Below are positions 8,101 through 17,053 of a stretch of 47,543 nt of DNA, piece by piece. Origin of the DNA: Craspedostauros australis (Eukaryota); contig JALAGF010004293.1 in assembly GCA_030167865.1 (NCBI GenBank), forward strand, positions 1 through 47,543, written 5' to 3'. The translations under genes were made by a program, and so were the position numbers. Position 1 is the stretch's first letter. Each line of letters starts with the position of its first letter. The notes below the pieces were generated by a model that saw nothing but the letters and a program-made list of their open reading frames with translations, made no database searches and was not told the DNA's origin.

Positions 8101-10417
8101 CCGCCAGCTCTGAGATCTGCGTGGAGGACGTCGTGCCCATGAAGGTGTCGAGCCATTCGTGGGTCTGATCCTGCGAGATGTTGTCCATCTCGACGAAGAC
8201 GAGGCGGATGGATCGCGTGCGTTTGGACTGATCCAGCTTCTGGTACATGTTGCGCAGGATGGGCGATTGGGTGACGCTGGTGCAATGGCACGTGATGATT
8301 CCCAGATGTGGCAACGTGGTGTTCTGGATCATGGTCATCATGAGGTCGATGCTGGGCGCATCGGAGTACTGCAGGTTCTCGCTGATCCAAATGACTGGAC
8401 AGTACGTGGAGACGACGAAGAGGAATTGGATGAGCGCATTCTGGAACTGGTACCTCCATTCGGCGAGCGAGGACGAGCCTTCCGGCATGGTGTTTCGCAT
8501 GCCGTTTGCATTGCCTGCGCCGTTGTTCTTCTTCTTGTTGTTGTTGCTGGCGGTGGTGGCGTTGTTGCTGTATGCATTGCCACGTGGATTGGTGGACGAG
8601 GCCGAATTCTTGCCGTTGGCATTGGCGCGGGCGAAGATGGCATCGTACATATGCTTGGGCAGGATCTTGGACAGGACGGTGCGCTCCATGATGCCCAAAC
8701 TCGACTGCAGATCATGCTGCAGATCCTGAAAGCGTCTGGGATCCGTCTGATCCTGCTGCGGTCGCAGCTTGCTGGTCTTGGGCAGGTTTAGTATCTGCTG
8801 GCACAGTTCCAAGACGAATAGATGGATCGTGGCAAGCGGCTGGTCCTTGTGATGCAGGGATAAGGATATGTGCACGAAGAATCCATGCAGCTGCTGCTGA
8901 TGCTTCTGGTACTTGACGACGTGCGAGAGGAGGGTTGATTTGCCGCAGCCCGTCGGTCCCGACATGACGACCCAGCTGCGCGGTTGCGGACGCGCGGCAT
9001 TCTGCATGACGGTGGAGGTGACGGGCGCCGCCCCGCCCGTGTCCATCATGGCGCGCAGGATGTCCTCGTCGTTGGACTTGGTGCGTCCCACGAAGGGTCT
9101 TTGTTGCTGCTTCATGCTGTGGCGCCTTCGGAATGGTTCTACCGGCGCCGTCGGCATGGGAGTCCTGGTGGTTGGTTCGGTGGGAACGGCCGAGGACTTG
9201 GCATGCGCCTTGAATATCTGCGTCATGGCGTTGCCGATGATGCGGAACTGCTTCTCCCTCGCGACGAAGTTGTTGGACATGGTGGTGCTGCCGGCCTTCA
9301 TGGTGCGCAGGCGGTGATCGAACTTCTGGAGGCCGGCCTTGGGCGCGGCGCTTGTTCCCGGCGCACGCTTGACGGTCGGTGGTGCGGAGTGGATGGAGTT
9401 GGTTTCGTTGTGTCGGGCGTGCATGGGTTTGGCGTCGCAGGTGACGGACGAGGCGCTGGCGGCATTGTGGCGAGATGCTGCATGCTTAGCGGAGTTGGTC
9501 GGGACCTCCTCGATCACAGTGGTGGTGGCCGGGTTGCCCGGTATCATGAGGAATGCTTGCGGTGGGTGGTAGTCGGGCGTGCCGTTGGATCGGATGGAGG
9601 TGTCCAACGAATCGAGGCTGAGCGTGCTGATGGTCGATGCGCTGCTGGCTCCGCCGCCGCTGGCGTAGCGTCTGTTGTTGGCGTTGGCATTTGGGCCGGG
9701 CGGGTGGGGCTGGTTGAAGTGGAAGGAATCGTTGTATTCGGCCTGGTGCACAACCTGGTCTGCGGCGTACGGTGAGACAGGCGCGGGTGTTGTGAGTGGT
9801 GCTGCTGCCAGTCCTGGCGACAAGGTGGCAGTCATCATGGGTGCCAAAGGTGTCGTGGTGGGCGATAGAGTCGGTGGTGCATGCAGCGCTGCGCTGAGTG
9901 ACGGTGGCCTCGACTGCACATGAGACTGCAGACCCATGTTGGACCTGCCCACGGTGGAAGACTCCTGTGTGTGGGTGCGAGGCGAACGAGACAGGTCCTG
10001 CTGATCCTGCTGCTCGAACTGCTGCAAGATCAAGCCAGCGGAGGACATGAAGCGACCCTTGGTGGATGCAGGGCTCATCATCGCCGACGCATTGACCCTC
10101 CTTGAGGCAGCCGGCTTGGGCGAGTACGATACGTTGTGCATTCTGGAGTTCATTCTGGAGCTGGCGGTGTCTCTTGCCATGTTCCTGCCATCCCTGCCAT
10201 TCCTGCCATCCCTGTAGTTCATGTTGCCGGTGCTGTTGCTGTTCCTGCCGCTCATGGCGAAGCTCTGGCTTGCGGGGGCCGTTTCTGGTGGCTGGTTGCC
10301 TGCGGAGAACTTGGAGGGTGTCAGAGGTCTCGCCGGGCTTCCGTAGTTGCGTCTTTCCTGTTCATGGCCATGGTTGTGGTGCTGGCCATGGTTGTGGCTG
10401 TACTGCTGAGCGCTCAT
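5138..10417 (-). CDS. STAND-class P-loop ATPase (AAA_16-like) with C-terminal TPR-like helical region; kinase-less relative of 'multi-sensor signal transduction multi-kinase' proteins (1759 aa, single exon)
   Basis: Uninterrupted 5.3-kb ORF. Family landmarks: FVAREKQ (equivalent of LYGRExE), Walker A GPTGCGKST (8933-8959), Walker B region PVIWISENLQYSD, TNGNFYFLEQYL (GxP region), YQFTHETIQEAA (FxHDxIQxAA), SPPAFALLG, AYHVGMASGDVE, GNPNCVHY, QDQAIAHERLA, YGEWGAARK. Confidence 0.9.
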   Translation of the reverse strand: MSAQQYSHNHGQHHNHGHEQERRNYGSPARPLTPSKFSAGNQPPETAPASQSFAMSGRNSNSTGNMNYRDGRNGRDGRNMARDTASSRMNSRMHNVSYSPKPAASRRVNASAMMSPASTKGRFMSSAGLILQQFEQQDQQDLSRSPRTHTQESSTVGRSNMGLQSHVQSRPPSLSAALHAPPTLSPTTTPLAPMMTATLSPGLAAAPLTTPAPVSPYAADQVVHQAEYNDSFHFNQPHPPGPNANANNRRYASGGGASSASTISTLSLDSLDTSIRSNGTPDYHPPQAFLMIPGNPATTTVIEEVPTNSAKHAASRHNAASASSVTCDAKPMHARHNETNSIHSAPPTVKRAPGTSAAPKAGLQKFDHRLRTMKAGSTTMSNNFVAREKQFRIIGNAMTQIFKAHAKSSAVPTEPTTRTPMPTAPVEPFRRRHSMKQQQRPFVGRTKSNDEDILRAMMDTGGAAPVTSTVMQNAARPQPRSWVVMSGPTGCGKSTLLSHVVKYQKHQQQLHGFFVHISLSLHHKDQPLATIHLFVLELCQQILNLPKTSKLRPQQDQTDPRRFQDLQHDLQSSLGIMERTVLSKILPKHMYDAIFARANANGKNSASSTNPRGNAYSNNATTASNNNKKKNNGAGNANGMRNTMPEGSSSLAEWRYQFQNALIQFLFVVSTYCPVIWISENLQYSDAPSIDLMMTMIQNTTLPHLGIITCHCTSVTQSPILRNMYQKLDQSKRTRSIRLVFVEMDNISQDQTHEWLDTFMGTTSSTQISELAEYLHEMTNGNFYFLEQYLRALLQMEMMHYQTDTKDYMLQDNVPSIRRLLRKRMKHAQQAPSILDFCKYQLSGTIFTSPTAATLLSLRSSTTNSIKSMAKHVLSLIACLGTFTISHSMIQLILNGFCGHRTAAAQNEHEAFFQQYFEISPSLLADSTKLNAIMKICQEEGWMTELSSAQGNNLYNVVSTATSNAHHVDRYYQFTHETIQEAAAKLISESKLSELQFRMGDIMFQEYGSTNPNLVFLITNLMNIRLDMLPRNDTAKRYAVSQLNHVVGQRAITSCCSFLAAAEHYKIAIRLLPNEMDASAYAPSSATDDPLANVDIKQVSCQYYSNAAECAQCNQNYEQMRLYCGTVMGMITNTPSSKRTTLLLDHIRVYHTFMDSILQQLSNIDPSFMAENAANTKTMTVNGVHNINMTSAPASKSVINTHTNTSVSTTMNPLNATTTSANGEVYNVIDMGIEILSQLGVSFQKGNLNRTVRGILNTKISVERISPELMETLQYVRADEDPVQQAVMKTLDKVILASYYMKPEFMPNVITRSVRRTLQSGITNDSPPAFALLGLLLTYFTGDFSMGTMYAENAVGMIQRGKGVGGDSSDVVGGPAVARRRSSFTVSSTKDGAAASLQQRRSEPPLEYNRKSNDEDAYFHFTTECRTMYICYGMVLNWTRPWETCREPLLDAYHVGMASGDVESAMWCMYYYLDSSWNTGSSLIALDRDFSTYTKVCQDTNQSLQYMCLAMNWQVVLNLSGMSSSNRRTVLTGDAFDERVILRQLQQRSVNGGGGNSGNVVGSASGSISLLQMILYRYKLYAALYFGEWDVAFSIGSSIMDDYCKKLPGQSGCIFVTYISGLAAFAASKFKSKDKKYKRHGRKCRDRLKAWADKGNPNCVHYVAMLDGEQEASRGMLDTASKFFESAIRLAGRRGIPQDQAIAHERLAEAWLYHGDSDNAKYHFLEALRLYGEWGAARKEELLRERCRKVWKTEETFNP

Positions 10418-10560
10418 GTTGGGTCGCTTGCGCTCTCTCGGCGTGGTTCGCGGTTGTTCAACTGGGTTGCGACCTACTATTCTGTTGCCAAATTGGGAGC
10501 GCCCTCAGGTATGACTATCTGCACGAGCTGCGGGTATGGCGAACCAGGACGAGGCGGATG

Positions 10561-10720
10561 AGTTGCTTCCTTCCCTCCTCTTTCCTTTCTTGCTTGCTTC
10601 CTTTCTTGCTTGCCTTTCTTGCTTGCTTGCCTCCTTTCTTGTTTGATGGCTTGATCGACCGAATGAATAAACAATTTAATAAACAAATGGACTATAAACA
10701 AATAAATGAATGAATGATTG
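10561..10720. repeat. Low-complexity CTTTCTTGCTTG repeats followed by clustered ATAAACA/GAATGAAT motifs upstream of the STAND gene
   Basis: Direct reading: about 4 imperfect CTTTCTTGCTTG units (10584-10641) and three ATAAACA copies within 10667-10700. Confidence 0.7.
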
Positions 10721-11418
10721 AGGAAGCAGAGTGGATCAAGCGGCCCTTGTCTCCTTGTCCTGCCTCTTCCCCTCTCTTGTGCTCGCCTCGTACGACTATT
10801 GATGCGGTGGTCCCTCTTGGTCTTGCTTTGTCTGCAGGTGCATCTTTGCCTTTGTCTTCCCTGTCCGACCAATCACTCACAGATCCAAAAAAACTGCTTC
10901 CGATCTCTGCCTCGCACCTGCCGCGACACACAACATCGACAAGAACAAGACGGGCAGCGCCATCCCACTCACAACCATGGCACCAACAAAATCCGTGTTG
11001 TGTCGTGTTGCGCTGAACTGAAATGACTTCAGACACACCCAATCGCGCTTCGCCGCAGTTTCGCAATGACCGCGAGTGTCACTTGGAACAATCCGACTGC
11101 AGCAGTTTGTGAATCATGGTCATTCAAGACTCGATTGCGCCTCAGACGGCTTTGCCGGGATTCGAAATGAAGTAGAACAAAACATGGCGCAACCCAACGC
11201 AACACACCAACAAACGAATGACACCCTCGCTGCCATGCTTGTCGTTGGACCCGCAATCCGCAACAACGTTCTTGCTCCTCGACTCTTCGCTCTCCGTTTG
11301 TCCACCACTGGTCTCCCATCATTCTCCTCTTGTCTACTCTACTCTACTCGGATGCATATCCATACTGGCACATGCAGACCATACGTGTACATTCCCAACC
11401 TATCCGACTACTCGTGAG

Positions 11419-12588
11419 ATGTCCTCCGACAAACCAACGATGACAGCTCCGTCCGCAGCGACTGCAGCAACGAAAACATCATCCACCGGATCAGGCACGA
11501 AAATCGGCCTCGGAATCATGATGGCGCTTGCAGTGTTGACGATGCTGGCGGACAACTCCATCATTCAAAGGATCCCGGAATCTCTCATGACAACCACATC
11601 GTCATCATCGTCATCATCCAACAGCGCCGCAAGCCGAGAAGCGATCGAGGCCGCCAACCAGCAGAAGCACATCAACAGAACAGCGTACCAATGGTTCGGC
11701 AAGCACTGGATCCCACCCGAGGGCATACCAACCTACAGCCTGCAGCAGATACAACAAACATTCTCGAAGCACCACACCTTGATCATCGGCGACTCCACCG
11801 CGCGCCGCCTCTACGGCACTCTGTTCCACCTCCTCGACGCGCCGCACACGGCCGGGGATATCCACCACTATGAACTGGACGCCGCGCATCGCATCAACAT
11901 CAACAAGCATCGCGGACCCTACGAATTGTGCAAGTACCGCGATTTCGTCTTTCCCGACGAGGATCCCAACGCCACGTCGATCCTGCATCAGTTTTGGAAG
12001 CATCCCGAAGAAGAGCGTGCCTTTCATTGTCGCCACATTCGGGCATCGCCGGCGGAGGAGGACAGCGCCATGATGCGCTACGACTTTGGGGAATCCAACT
12101 GTCTCAACGATCTGCCCAGGCTCGTCAATGTCGACTTCGGCAACGACCGGGCCATATCCAACAACTACACGCTGATCATCATCGGCGTGGGCATTTGGGA
12201 AGCCGTCCGGACCGGGGATTGCATGCGGAATCGCAAAGATGGCAACGTCACGAAACGTTTGCAGAATGCGATGGATTGGGTGCAGGCGCTGCCGGATCGC
12301 AATCGCACCGTGGTATGGAGATCCAGCGGATACGACGAGCGCGACGTGTACAAGGACTTGACGTACGATCTCAACGCGGACGCGCGGCGCATGGTGGAGA
12401 CGCTGAAGCAGAACCGCACATTGAACATGACGTTCCTGGATTGGGGCACGGCGATCTATCCACGCAGCTTTGAAGGCAGCCGTATCACAGGTGATCTGAA
12501 ACCGCATTACGGACTCGAGGCTCGTTTGCTTTGCATCCAGATGCTGGTGCATGAGCTGCGGCAGCGCGAAGCGGGTATTCTGACGTAG
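11419..12588 (+). CDS. SGNH/GDSL-fold PC-esterase-like type II membrane protein (putative O-acyltransferase/esterase), SGNH-A, ~389 aa
   Basis: Within ORF 11218..12588, ATG at 11419. N-terminal signal anchor IGLGIMMALAVLTML and S/T-rich stem. Block I IIGDSTARRLY, internal GVGIWE, VVWRSSGY and C-terminal DxxH (GDLKPHYG) give the Ser-Asp-His triad layout of SGNH/PC-esterase/TBL-like proteins. Confidence 0.85.
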   Translation: MSSDKPTMTAPSAATAATKTSSTGSGTKIGLGIMMALAVLTMLADNSIIQRIPESLMTTTSSSSSSSNSAASREAIEAANQQKHINRTAYQWFGKHWIPPEGIPTYSLQQIQQTFSKHHTLIIGDSTARRLYGTLFHLLDAPHTAGDIHHYELDAAHRININKHRGPYELCKYRDFVFPDEDPNATSILHQFWKHPEEERAFHCRHIRASPAEEDSAMMRYDFGESNCLNDLPRLVNVDFGNDRAISNNYTLIIIGVGIWEAVRTGDCMRNRKDGNVTKRLQNAMDWVQALPDRNRTVVWRSSGYDERDVYKDLTYDLNADARRMVETLKQNRTLNMTFLDWGTAIYPRSFEGSRITGDLKPHYGLEARLLCIQMLVHELRQREAGILT

Positions 12589-13234
12589 GGCATGTGGAGG
12601 GCGGCCAGCGTGTGTACTAACATGCAGTAAGTACAGCACGAGTTGTTGCGCGATGTAAATTCGCATATCATATCATCGAGTGCAGAGGAGAAGAGAGGAC
12701 ATAGAAGAATACGATGCGCTACACTAAATGGACGAAGCGCTGGATGAGTATTAATACATATAATAGCTCCAAGAATAGCTCGTGATCCGAAACGCTGGGA
12801 CATGATTCTATTTTTGGGAAACTACTTAGTCGAAGTGGTCGATTTCCGTTCTTCGTCTGTCCTTTGTCGCAGTTCCCGTTTGATCGATTGGTTTGCGACA
12901 CCAAACACACGATGTCGACGATGTCGACGATGTTGACAATGGTGGCGAGATGAGGCGTCTTTGCGGCGCCTTTGCGATGATGGATGTGGATGTTGGCGCA
13001 GTCCTGTGCTCTCCACGTACACTGCCTCAGTGACGATACTCGCAGAACTGTTTTTACGACGCTCTCCAACAGTGAAGGATCTTATCAACGCTGACGGATC
13101 CATCGTTGCCTGAAATCGGAGTGATTGATTGCCGAAGTGATCATCGAGGAGACCAATCACGGGTACACGCACACATACATACTCACACACGCAGAGCGCC
13201 GCAATCGAGAAAAACACCAGAGCAACATCCCGCC

Positions 13235-14526
13235 ATGTTGTCGAGAACGACTCTCCTCACATCAGCGCTGTCCCAGCTCAGCGTCGGATCCAGACCGCTG
13301 GCTGCTGTCGCATCAACTACTGCAAGGTCGGCGGGCCAAGGCACATTGCGAACCTTCCATGCTGTCTCCAAGGCAAGCCAGCCTTTCACAATGGCAAGAT
13401 ATGCTGCTGCTGCAGATACCAACCAGTGCACACTCCAGACTCAGACGATATCAGCACCGACTGCCGTTTGCAGCCTGCATACCGATCTCGCCACGGCGCT
13501 TCTGCAACCGCAGATGCAAGGTCGCAGGTCATTCGCGTCGAAAAGCAAGAAGAAGGCAAACAAATCAAAAGTACGTGGCAAGTGATGTAATGTGGTGTGT
13601 GATGTGTTGTACAACATGATATGGTACGATACGATACGGTATGATATCCTTCATCCTCATCATCTATCTGCAATTATTGTGCCGACAGCCTAGGCATCCA
13701 GCCATCGTAGCAATAGATTTGAGGAACATGCGTGCGGGATTGGTTGGCACAGGTCGGTGCTGTGCGTTCCTTGAATGCGGTTGCTTCAGTGCCATGCGCT
13801 ACTTTCTCACGTTCAAAATGCACTCATGAAATTGGATTGGATGTTCACCATTTCCTGACCATTGCGGATCCAATATCGCTTCTCCTTCACGCCGATCAAC
13901 GCAACACGTGCTTGACGCAAATCTAACAGACCGGCTCTAAAGCCACGCCAGACGGGGGCTCAACCGCCAAGGACGAGCAGCCATTCCTCCAGCACCAGCA
14001 ATGGGTCAAATTTCAGCAATCCATCTCCGTTGAGGGATTCCAAACGGGTCAGATCACCACCGCGAAGGTCGTTGGCGCAAAGAAGCGTGGCGGCAAGCAA
14101 TCCAGAAAGCGTCTGCTGAAGGAGCAGGCCGCCACGAAGATGGCCAGCGCCGATGTCGGAACCACCAAGTTCCCCGCCATTCGGTTTTCCGAGGAGGAGA
14201 CAGAGAGGCTGCTCGCGGAGGCCTTCGCCACGCTGCCGGAACGCGCTGGCAAACGCGGCACGCGCAACCTCAAACGCCAGGGCAGACGCTGGTTCTTGGT
14301 GCGGAAGATCCATGCCCGCCAGAAGCGATTCCTCGTGGCGGCGCACCATCGCAAGATGGCCAAGCGCCACACCAAGCGTCAGGCCGTCATCGAGATGAAG
14401 CATGTCATCTCGCCAAAGCAAAGGCTCGCGGATGCCGAATACCAACGATCCATCCTCCATCACTGGGCAGCCAACGTCATCCAGAGCGAGGCACCGGACG
14501 AGGAAACTGTTGAGGTCTCCAACTGA
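13235..14526 (+). CDS. Mitochondrion-targeted basic hypothetical protein; exons 13235-13570, 13930-14526 (~310 aa)
   Basis: The N-terminus MLSRTTLLTSALSQL...RTFHAV...GRRSFAS is a typical mitochondrial presequence (R/S/A-rich, R-x-F motifs). Phase-0 intron aaa|GTACGT...ctaacAG| has a CTAAC branch-like motif and joins in frame with ORF 14140..14526. The mature part is very K/R-rich. Confidence 0.82.
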
Positions 14527-16404
14527 AGCATGGAGAAAACATGACTTCGAACTTGGACATGTTCCGCGTTGAATAAGGAGGGACATCCACGGAGTAACAC
14601 AGCTCTGTTTGAAGCAATTCAATGAAAAAGAGCACATAAAGCAGACAAAATGGACACCGATTAGTAGCCCGCACTCCGAAATGAACGTATGCAGAAAAGG
14701 GAATGAGCAGAGTCATAGCGGATGATTTTGCGCTGAATTCACAGGACTGCGCATCGCTCGAGGATTGTGCAACGCTGCCAATACATGCGCTGGAGAGCTC
14801 ACAATCAAAGTGCCCTCTGGAGAGAGTTACAGCTAGGTGATTGCCACCCTCTGAGCTACGAGAATCCACACTTGGATGCAAGCATGATCTGCCACCATGC
14901 GACTCCGCGTCCTCGTTGCTTGTATGGATAGATATGAGGGCATCATATTTTACGTCTGTCTGTTTGCCGATGAGAGCGAACACTTCGATTAGCGGGTATG
15001 ATTCGCCAAACGGCAGAGTAATACGACCAATTTGTGCTTCATGCGGCACCACGACTGCAACCAAACCGCGGCGAACAGAGTCTTGTTTCGCCGTTGCCGC
15101 CTTCATTGATGAAGCTGTTCGACAACAAGCGAACATCGGCTGCGAAGACACGAACACGCAGTCCTCCTTATTGTGTGATAGTTGAAGCCAAGACACCACA
15201 AAAGGGTGAGCACTTGAGAATATCAATATGAGGAGATTTGGTGCATGTGGTCGTGCTTCTCCATGGTATTCACAACATGATCGTTCGCACCGATCTATTG
15301 GGAACATCTGGTGCTTTTGGCGTTGCCGGTGTCACAGATGCTGTTGCTGTTGCTGTTGCTGTTCGAAGAGTGTGAAGGGCAAGGAGTTTGTTCGTGATAC
15401 CTCCAATGATGCGTTTGTACGATAGGTGCACACACACTCTCTCTCCACACTAGCAGAAAGATGCTCGGCGCTTGTGCACGGAACTTGGTCCGAGTTTGCG
15501 AAACACAGACCAGTTAGTGTTAGTGTGTCCTTGCTCATGTGTTCCACTTCGTGGCTCAACCGCTGCACCCTTGGCGCCACCAGAAGAGAAGTTTGATAAA
15601 CGTGGAACCGCTCATTCGGTTCGACAAAACGAAGGCGTGTCTGTTGTTGTCTGTCCAAAGCCCAGACTATCCTTCACAATAAACGTCAAGACATTTTGTG
15701 TCCCGATCAACCAGTAGAAGTTGGAAAGAGCGAAAAAAAACAAGATGATGGTTGTTCCGTTTTCGCTTCTCCGGGCAGAGCCCTTCTTGTGTCACATCTG
15801 TGACAAAATGGCCCATTCGCACGATGCAGATGTTGGCGTTGTGGAGAAGCCCAAATTGCGTACGTGGGAGGGTGGGAGGCTGCGTCGTCAGGTTGCGAGT
15901 CAACAGAAACGTGGAATGAGTGATTCTTCACTCGCCAGTATGGAACAATGACCACACGCGACAGTTTTGCCAGAGCACAACGCATGCTTTTTTCTGCCAG
16001 CGCAAAATCTCGATCCGATGTTTGCGACCCGCATCGAACGGAGCAGGCCAAAGGAGGGATAGAGAGGCTCTGCCGACAATACAGACTGGACTTGTCTGGT
16101 TGGATCCAATCCGACTTGTTTGTGTTGTTGAGGTCGACGGAGAGGTTTTCCTCCTCTTGCGGTAGTTGGGGATGAATGCGATCAGAAACCGCGGTGCTCC
16201 AAATCCACGAAAAGGGGAGTGAGACAGAGAGGGCGTCCGTTCCCATGTGCTCTACGTACTCTACTCGTACCTACATGGGAACGCTGATGCCTTGGCGTGC
16301 CTCCAATTTCCCACCTCGTGCTCTCCTCGGCATTTCACTGGCGCAGCCAACTCACCACTCGTATGTGCATACCCTAGTTTATTGCATCGGATGATATTGC
16401 ATTG

Positions 16405-16456
16405 TATTCTATAATAGTATATATTATAGAATAGTATTCTATAATATTGTATTCTA
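16405..16456. repeat. AT-rich triple inverted repeat (A - A' - A; A = TATTCTATAATA)
   Basis: TATTCTATAATA at 16405-16416, its exact reverse complement TATTATAGAATA at 16422-16433, A again at 16435-16446, and a partial TATTCTA at 16450-16456. Confidence 0.9.
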
Positions 16457-17053
16457 CCCTCCCAAACAACCAAACACCAACATGTGCCTAGAGCATTGGC
16501 AGAGCTGACCGTATTCTCGCTCCCCATCGTACGAGTATTGTGCTCTACCAAGAGTATTTATGGATGGAAGACTCGAAACGCGCTCTGTGGCGCAGAAACA
16601 AGTATTCGCAAGCCTCATCGGCACATCTCATGCCTGGTGCAGAGCGCATGATGATGTGATCTTGTTTCATCATCAACGAAGTCTCATCATGGTTAGCCTT
16701 CGTCTCCGGCCTTTGATCCAGGGGTGCATTTGCGTTCTTTGGTCGGGGGAAGAGAGGACTCCCACGTGTCGAGAGTGTACGAGCACGAGCTTTGGGTATC
16801 AGTTGTTGCAGGAAGTGACAAATTGTACCAGTGACGGCCGAAAAACCTGTCTCCTTCGCGCTGTCTCCATGAGGAGAGAAACAGTGTTTTGCCGTCCTCG
16901 TCTTGTTTCTCAATGCTTCAAATAAACGTACGCCAGCACCTTATTCTAGGGAGCAACGATACGAGTGCGGTAATACACTCACTACTTTACGATCGTAATC
17001 CCAGAGAACTTGTGTGATACGCTGTGTAGGCCCATGCTTTTGTCACCGTTTGG

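Noticed and set aside
5149..10105. Numerous overlapping ORFs within the STAND gene (and likewise within the SGNH, DUF6824 and HA genes)
   Set aside because: Alternative-frame or antisense shadows caused by GC3-rich codon usage; no motifs.
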